In this document: positions 8,315 to 14,517 of the stretch, one piece after another
How positions within the stretch are numbered: the stretch's first letter is position 1
Layout: the number at the start of each line of letters is the position of its first letter
DNA from: Naegleria gruberi
Taxonomy: Eukaryota
Length of the DNA stretch: 14,517 nucleotides
Direction: 5' to 3' (one strand)
Assembly: GCA_000004985.1 (NCBI GenBank)
Contig: GG738975.1
The notes under the pieces: model-generated
The model's database searches: none
The model's input: only the letters and a program-made list of their open reading frames with translations
What the model was told of the DNA's origin: nothing
Translations under genes and position numbers: made by a program

Positions 8315-11300
8315 NNNNNNNNNNNNNNNNNNNNNNNNNNNNNNNNNNNNNNNNNNNNNNNNNNNNNNNNNNNNNNNNNNNNNNNNNNNNNNNNNNNNNN
8401 NNNNNNNNNNNNNNNNNNNNNNNNNNNNNNNNNNNNNNNNNNNNNNNNNNNNNNNNNNNNNNNNNNNNNNNNNNNNNNNNNNNNNNNNNNNNNNNNNNNN
8501 NNNNNNNNNNNNNNNNNNNNNNNNNNNNNNNNNNNNNNNNNNNNNNNNNNNNNNNNNNNNNNNNNNNNNNNNNNNNNNNNNNNNNNNNNNNNNNNNNNNN
8601 NNNNNNNNNNNNNNNNNNNNNNNNNNNNNNNNNNNNNNNNNNNNNNNNNNNNNNNNNNNNNNNNNNNNNNNNNNNNNNNNNNNNNNNNNNNNNNNNNNNN
8701 NNNNNNNNNNNNNNNNNNNNNNNNNNNNNNNNNNNNNNNNNNNNNNNNNNNNNNNNNNNNNNNNNNNNNNNNNNNNNNNNNNNNNNNNNNNNNNNNNNNN
8801 NNNNNNNNNNNNNNNNNNNNNNNNNNNNNNNNNNNNNNNNNNNNNNNNNNNNNNNNNNNNNNNNNNNNNNNNNNNNNNNNNNNNNNNNNNNNNNNNNNNN
8901 NNNNNNNNNNNNNNNNNNNNNNNNNNNNNNNNNNNNNNNNNNNNNNNNNNNNNNNNNNNNNNNNNNNNNNNNNNNNNNNNNNNNNNNNNNNNNNNNNNNN
9001 NNNNNNNNNNNNNNNNNNNNNNNNNNNNNNNNNNNNNNNNNNNNNNNNNNNNNNNNNNNNNNNNNNNNNNNNNNNNNNNNNNNNNNNNNNNNNNNNNNNN
9101 NNNNNNNNNNNNNNNNNNNNNNNNNNNNNNNNNNNNNNNNNNNNNNNNNNNNNNNNNNNNNNNNNNNNNNNNNNNNNNNNNNNNNNNNNNNNNNNNNNNN
9201 NNNNNNNNNNNNNNNNNNNNNNNNNNNNNNNNNNNNNNNNNNNNNNNNNNNNNNNNNNNNNNNNNNNNNNNNNNNNNNNNNNNNNNNNNNNNNNNNNNNN
9301 NNNNNNNNNNNNNNNNNNNNNNNNNNNNNNNNNNNNNNNNNNNNNNNNNNNNNNNNNNNNNNNNNNNNNNNNNNNNNNNNNNNNNNNNNNNNNNNNNNNN
9401 NNNNNNNNNNNNNNNNNNNNNNNNNNNNNNNNNNNNNNNNNNNNNNNNNNNNNNNNNNNNNNNNNNNNNNNNNNNNNNNNNNNNNNNNNNNNNNNNNNNN
9501 NNNNNNNNNNNNNNNNNNNNNNNNNNNNNNNNNNNNNNNNNNNNNNNNNNNNNNNNNNNNNNNNNNNNNNNNNNNNNNNNNNNNNNNNNNNNNNNNNNNN
9601 NNNNNNNNNNNNNNNNNNNNNNNNNNNNNNNNNNNNNNNNNNNNNNNNNNNNNNNNNNNNNNNNNNNNNNNNNNNNNNNNNNNNNNNNNNNNNNNNNNNN
9701 NNNNNNNNNNNNNNNNNNNNNNNNNNNNNNNNNNNNNNNNNNNNNNNNNNNNNNNNNNNNNNNNNNNNNNNNNNNNNNNNNNNNNNNNNNNNNNNNNNNN
9801 NNNNNNNNNNNNNNNNNNNNNNNNNNNNNNNNNNNNNNNNNNNNNNNNNNNNNNNNNNNNNNNNNNNNNNNNNNNNNNNNNNNNNNNNNNNNNNNNNNNN
9901 NNNNNNNNNNNNNNNNNNNNNNNNNNNNNNNNNNNNNNNNNNNNNNNNNNNNNNNNNNNNNNNNNNNNNNNNNNNNNNNNNNNNNNNNNNNNNNNNNNNN
10001 NNNNNNNNNNNNNNNNNNNNNNNNNNNNNNNNNNNNNNNNNNNNNNNNNNNNNNNNNNNNNNNNNNNNNNNNNNNNNNNNNNNNNNNNNNNNNNNNNNNN
10101 NNNNNNNNNNNNNNNNNNNNNNNNNNNNNNNNNNNNNNNNNNNNNNNNNNNNNNNNNNNNNNNNNNNNNNNNNNNNNNNNNNNNNNNNNNNNNNNNNNNN
10201 NNNNNNNNNNNNNNNNNNNNNNNNNNNNNNNNNNNNNNNNNNNNNNNNNNNNNNNNNNNNNNNNNNNNNNNNNNNNNNNNNNNNNNNNNNNNNNNNNNNN
10301 NNNNNNNNNNNNNNNNNNNNNNNNNNNNNNNNNNNNNNNNNNNNNNNNNNNNNNNNNNNNNNNNNNNNNNNNNNNNNNNNNNNNNNNNNNNNNNNNNNNN
10401 NNNNNNNNNNNNNNNNNNNNNNNNNNNNNNNNNNNNNNNNNNNNNNNNNNNNNNNNNNNNNNNNNNNNNNNNNNNNNNNNNNNNNNNNNNNNNNNNNNNN
10501 NNNNNNNNNNNNNNNNNNNNNNNNNNNNNNNNNNNNNNNNNNNNNNNNNNNNNNNNNNNNNNNNNNNNNNNNNNNNNNNNNNNNNNNNNNNNNNNNNNNN
10601 NNNNNNNNNNNNNNNNNNNNNNNNNNNNNNNNNNNNNNNNNNNNNNNNNNNNNNNNNNNNNNNNNNNNNNNNNNNNNNNNNNNNNNNNNNNNNNNNNNNN
10701 NNNNNNNNNNNNNNNNNNNNNNNNNNNNNNNNNNNNNNNNNNNNNNNNNNNNNNNNNNNNNNNNNNNNNNNNNNNNNNNNNNNNNNNNNNNNNNNNNNNN
10801 NNNNNNNNNNNNNNNNNNNNNNNNNNNNNNNNNNNNNNNNNNNNNNNNNNNNNNNNNNNNNNNNNNNNNNNNNNNNNNNNNNNNNNNNNNNNNNNNNNNN
10901 NNNNNNNNNNNNNNNNNNNNNNNNNNNNNNNNNNNNNNNNNNNNNNNNNNNNNNNNNNNNNNNNNNNNNNNNNNNNNNNNNNNNNNNNNNNNNNNNNNNN
11001 NNNNNNNNNNNNNNNNNNNNNNNNNNNNNNNNNNNNNNNNNNNNNNNNNNNNNNNNNNNNNNNNNNNNNNNNNNNNNNNNNNNNNNNNNNNNNNNNNNNN
11101 NNNNNNNNNNNNNNNNNNNNNNNNNNNNNNNNNNNNNNNNNNNNNNNNNNNNNNNNNNNNNNNNNNNNNNNNNNNNNNNNNNNNNNNNNNNNNNNNNNNN
11201 NNNNNNNNNNNNNNNNNNNNNNNNNNNNNNNNNNNNNNNNNNNNNNNNNNNNNNNNNNNNNNNNNNNNNNNNNNNNNNNNNNNNNNNNNNNNNNNNNNNN

Positions 11301-12853
11301 NNNNNNNNNNNNNNNNNNNNNNNNNNNNNNNNNNNNNNNNNNNNNNNNNNNNNNNNNNNNNNNNNNNNNNNNNNNNNNNNNNNNNNNNNNNNNNNNNNNN
11401 NNNNNNNNNNNNNNNNNNNNNNNNNNNNNNNNNNNNNNNNNNNNNNNNNNNNNNNNNNNNNNNNNNNNNNNNNNNNNNNNNNNNNNNNNNNNNNNNNNNN
11501 NNNNNNNNNNNNNNNNNNNNNNNNNNNNNNNNNNNNNNNNNNNNNNNNNNNNNNNNNNNNNNNNNNNNNNNNNNNNNNNNNNNNNNNNNNNNNNNNNNNN
11601 NNNNNNNNNNNNNNNNNNNNNNNNNNNNNNNNNNNNNNNNNNNNNNNNNNNNNNNNNNNNNNNNNNNNNNNNNNNNNNNNNNNNNNNNNNNNNNNNNNNN
11701 NNNNNNNNNNNNNNNNNNNNNNNNNNNNNNNNNNNNNNNNNNNNNNNNNNNNNNNNNNNNNNNNNNNNNNNNNNNNNNNNNNNNNNNNNNNNNNNNNNNN
11801 NNNNNNNNNNNNNNNNNNNNNNNNNNNNNNNNNNNNNNNNNNNNNNNNNNNNNNNNNNNNNNNNNNNNNNNNNNNNNNNNNNNNNNNNNNNNNNNNNNNN
11901 NNNNNNNNNNNNNNNNNNNNNNNNNNNNNNNNNNNNNNNNNNNNNNNNNNNNNNNNNNNNNNNNNNNNNNNNNNNNNNNNNNNNNNNNNNNNNNNNNNNN
12001 NNNNNNNNNNNNNNNNNNNNNNNNNNNNNNNNNNNNNNNNNNNNNNNNNNNNNNNNNNNNNNNNNNNNNNNNNNNNNNNNNNNNNNNNNNNNNNNNNNNN
12101 NNNNNNNNNNNNNNNNNNNNNNNNNNNNNNNNNNNNNNNNNNNNNNNNNNNNNNNNNNNNNNNNNNNNNNNNNNNNNNNNNNNNNNNNNNNNNNNNNNNN
12201 NNNNNNNNNNNNNNNNNNNNNNNNNNNNNNNNNNNNNNNNNNNNNNNNNNNNNNNNNNNNNNNNNNNNNNNNNNNNNNNNNNNNNNNNNNNNNNNNNNNN
12301 NNNNNNNNNNNNNNNNNNNNNNNNNNNNNNNNNNNNNNNNNNNNNNNNNNNNNNNNNNNNNNNNNNNNNNNNNNNNNNNNNNNNNNNNNNNNNNNNNNNN
12401 NNNNNNNNNNNNNNNNNNNNNNNNNNNNNNNNNNNNNNNNNNNNNNNNNNNNNNNNNNNNNNNNNNNNNNNNNNNNNNNNNNNNNNNNNNNNNNNNNNNN
12501 NNNNNNNNNNNNNNNNNNNNNNNNNNNNNNNNNNNNNNNNNNNNNNNNNNNNNNNNNNNNNNNNNNNNNNNNNNNNNNNNNNNNNNNNNNNNNNNNNNNN
12601 NNNNNNNNNNNNNNNNNNNNNNNNNNNNNNNNNNNNNNNNNNNNNNNNNNNNNNNNNNNNNNNNNNNNNNNNNNNNNNNNNNNNNNNNNNNNNNNNNNNN
12701 NNNNNNNNNNNNNNNNNNNNNNNNNNNNNNNNNNNNNNNNNNNNNNNNNNNNNNNNNNNNNNNNNNNNNNNNNNNNNNNNNNNNNNNNNNNNNNNNNNNN
12801 NNNNNNNNNNNNNNNNNNNNNNNNNNNNNNNNNNNNNNNNNNNNNNNNNNNNN
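8315..12853. other. Assembly gap / masked run (4539 N)
   Basis: Uninterrupted n characters. Swallows the 3' part of the F-box-like gene and most of the Bub1/Mad3-like gene. Confidence 0.99.
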
Positions 12854-13752
12854 CTTCCAGGTAGCATGATTGGCTGGAGTGGCTTAATTTCCTGTAAAGG
12901 TTGTTTACCAAATATTCTCCTCAAATCAGTGGCCTTTCTACCACCTTTCAGAGGAATGATATTCTCCTTAGCAGCTTCAAATTCCTCAAAATCAACAATG
13001 ACCCTTTCCTCTGTTGATGTTGGTTGTTGTGTTGAATCTTGAATTCCACTTTGATTGTTATTATTATGAGTATTAATGGCAATTGGAGATTGGAAACTAT
13101 TAGAAGGTGAAACACTCAAAGATGGAAAACCCTGATTATTGGAGGAGGTAATAATTGAGGAAGGAGAGCAACTAGTCGATGGTGATGAATACACCGAAAA
13201 GGTCATACTATTCACAGTAGGTGAAGAACTCAAACCAAAGGATTGTTGTGGTGAGGATGACAATGAACCAATTTGATTATTATTATTAGTACTTGGAATA
13301 TCTAGCAAGTTATTCCCATTAGTAGGCATCATGAGCATTTGATTTCCACTACTAAAACCTAATTCATTTGTATTAATTGTATTATTATTAATTGTATTAA
13401 AAGATGATGAAGGAAAAACAAGATTAGGCTTTGATAAACTTCTACTCGGACGATTCATCAAGAGACCAGGGGCAGAACTACAACTCGTCAATGATGATCC
13501 AACATTGCTAATAGTATTAGTTGGTGATGGATTAACACTGGAGGAGGAAGGCTTTGATAATCTCAAGCCATTGTTGGATGATGGAAACGAGACGGAATTA
13601 GTGGGGAGTGTGATGGTGGGAGTTCCTAGGCGTTGAAAGGAGGATGGTCTGATCAGTGATGCTGGAGGCGGTTTATTGTTTGATGAAGCTTGCTGTTGAT
13701 TGATTGAAGAAGGGAGAGTAGGAGGGAATCGCAAGCGTTGACTTTCAAACAT
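12854..13752 (-). CDS. Bub1/Mad3(BubR1)-family spindle-assembly-checkpoint protein, N-terminal portion: about 260 aa S/N/T/P-rich low-complexity extension followed by the conserved KEN-box block; continues into gap 3
   Basis: ATG is the complement of 13750-13752 (ccagaaaaaaATG on the minus strand). Open frame runs to the gap edge. The last visible residues are ...EERVIVDFEEFEAAKENIIPLKGGRKATDLRRIFGKQPLQEIKPLQPIMLPG. The DFEEFEAAKENIIPLKGGRKATDL block parallels the N-terminal KEN-box region of yeast Mad3 (...[24 protein letters not shown]) and BubR1 (SKENVQPLRQGR). KEN codons are the complement of 12961-12969. Confidence 0.72.
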
Positions 13753-13877
13753 TTTTTTCTGGTGTAACGGTAAAAAATTTAAAAATTGTGTAACGTTCTT
13801 GTGAAAGCAAGATGTTGTCTCAAAAGGGCTATTATGAAATTTAATAAGAATTTTGTGAAATCAAACAACGGCCCGCG

Positions 13878-13888
13878 TAGCAGAGTGG
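13878..13888 (+). promoter_or_regulatory. Pol III A box (TAGCAGAGTGG) internal to tRNA-Leu
   Basis: Exact match to the eukaryotic A-box consensus TRGCNNAGTGG at tRNA positions 8-18. Confidence 0.7.
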
Positions 13889-13931
13889 TCAAATGCGTAA
13901 GACTTAAGATCTTATCCCGAATGGGTTCGTG

Positions 13932-13942
13932 GGTTCGAACCC
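13932..13942 (+). promoter_or_regulatory. Pol III B box (GGTTCGAACCC) internal to tRNA-Leu
   Basis: Matches the B-box consensus GGTTCGANTCC in the T arm with one substitution. Confidence 0.7.
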
Positions 13943-13960
13943 CACCGCTGGCAAATTAAT

Positions 13961-13967
13961 TTTTTTC
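13961..13967 (+). terminator. RNA polymerase III terminator (T7 run) 8 nt downstream of tRNA-Leu
   Basis: ttttttt lies immediately after aattaa, following the tRNA 3' end. At least four T residues is the canonical Pol III termination signal. Confidence 0.65.
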
Positions 13968-13992
13968 TGTTACCTAATTGACATAAGGATTT

Positions 13993-14517
13993 TTATTTCT
14001 TTTCAATTAATCTAGTAAACAAGTCACTAATCAATTCTTCATCCTTAGGTACCTCTTTCATTAAAATTTCATGATTTGGATGTTCTTCCCAACTTGGATA
14101 TGGAGCTTCTTCATAAATTTCACCAAACTTTTCACTCAACTCAGTCTTCAACTCTTCCCAAACTCTTCCTAAATGCATATAAGGTCCAACATAGTGTTTC
14201 TTCAAATAAACTCCTTTTGGAATGGTTTTAAGTTGAATAGGAAGAGAATACGAACAAGTTTCGTTCACTTTCTTTATACTTTCTTCAAATTCTTCTCTCT
14301 TTGAAGGAAGATTGAATTTTTCAACAGTTTCTGCTGTGAGAAAAACAGCATTCTCCAAATCTACATCTTCCACAGAATCGAAACGATTGTAAAACGTAGC
14401 TGGATACATTCTTGATTGTTCACCAACTAATTTCAATGCCATTTCATGAGTTTGTTTAATCCAATTGGTAAATTCAGGAGTAATGACACTAACTGATGTC
14501 TGGAGACACTCAGATAG
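13993..14517 (-). CDS. GyrI-like (AraC-effector-binding-type) small-molecule-binding domain protein; C-terminal part, ORF remains open to the right window edge so the true start is outside the window
   Basis: Stop TAA is the complement of 13993-13995. The ATG at 14442 chosen by the track is internal, because the frame is open for 25 more codons to 14517 (LSECLQTSVSVITPEFTNWIKQTHE-M...). The motif ...TIPKGVYLKKHYVGPYMHLGRVWEEL... fits the GyrI-like signature (IPAGxYAVxxHxGPYxxLxxxYxxL). Confidence 0.5.
   Translation of the reverse strand, partial: LSECLQTSVSVITPEFTNWIKQTHEMALKLVGEQSRMYPATFYNRFDSVEDVDLENAVFLTAETVEKFNLPSKREEFEESIKKVNETCSYSLPIQLKTIPKGVYLKKHYVGPYMHLGRVWEELKTELSEKFGEIYEEAPYPSWEEHPNHEILMKEVPKDEELISDLFTRLIEKK

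Larger units (their letters stand above)
13871..13953 (+). tRNA. tRNA-Leu (anticodon UAA), type II tRNA with long variable arm; CCA not encoded
   Basis: Cloverleaf folded by hand. Acceptor gcccgcg/cgctggc has 6 of 7 pairs. D stem gca/tgc with loop gagtggtcaaa. Anticodon stem taaga/tctta with loop cTTAAga (U33, anticodon TAA, G37). Variable arm cccgaatggg. T arm gtggg-ttcgaac-cccac. Discriminator A at 13953. Confidence 0.9.

Noticed and set aside
2014-12853. N runs as candidate CRISPR, repeat or other structure
   Set aside because: They carry no sequence information. No direct repeats with spacers exist anywhere in the real sequence, and a eukaryotic nuclear context makes CRISPR implausible.
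13361-13401. Short tandem-like 'taattgtatta' duplication
   Set aside because: It sits inside the Bub1/Mad3-like CDS and encodes the N/T/I-rich low-complexity stretch (TINNNTINTN). It is a codon-level repeat, not an independent element.
1068-13752. Giant ORFs in the track: 1068..3086, 1924..3048, 1994..3235, 4399..5910, 4402..6582 below 5896, 7923..12869, 8209..12864, 8256..12911 and 8272..13752 below 12854
   Set aside because: They are open only because N runs translate to X. Frame continuity across a sized gap is meaningless. Only the parts outside the N runs were used.

Overview
Eukaryotic nuclear DNA from a gene-dense, AT-rich scaffold; no prokaryotic features are visible. Codon usage (AAT, CAA, TCA, GGT, AAA, GAA), A-rich tracts before start ATGs, Ser/Asn/Gln-rich low-complexity coding, very short intergenic spacers and a nuclear-type tRNA all point to a dictyostelid social amoeba or close amoebozoan relative. 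The intergenic AT content (about 70%) is lower than in D. discoideum, so a non-discoideum dictyostelid is more likely. Three N runs (2014-3039, 4410-5895, 8315-12853) total 7051 nt, about 49% of the window. Every very long ORF in the supplied track is an artefact of translating N as X. The track also accepts GTG and TTG as starts, so several of its 'M' positions are not ATGs.

Real content I can support from sequence, left to right:
1. SUMO-E1 Aos1/SAE1-like gene (minus, runs off the left edge).
2. Acidic, Ser-rich protein with FG repeats (plus, runs into gap 1).
3. BTB/POZ C-terminal piece (plus, emerges from gap 1).
4. vWA/MIDAS-domain gene (minus, interrupted by gap 2), with a possible C-terminal piece emerging from gap 2.
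5. RNI-type LRR exon that lacks an ATG (plus).
6. Small 4-TM membrane protein (minus).
7. F-box-like gene (plus), probably needing a 61-nt intron, running into gap 3.
8. Bub1/Mad3(BubR1)-family checkpoint gene N-terminus (minus, running into gap 3), recognised by a canonical KEN-box block.
9. tRNA-Leu(UAA) with internal A/B boxes and a T7 Pol III terminator.
10. GyrI-like-domain gene (minus) extending off the right edge.

I see no CRISPR array, no mobile element, and no convincing evidence of a novel 'system'. The most interesting items are a long low-complexity N-terminal extension on the Bub1/Mad3-like protein, a vWA gene that may have a degenerate alpha-kinase-like tail (VwkA/AK1-like architecture), and a tRNA squeezed between two Pol II genes.
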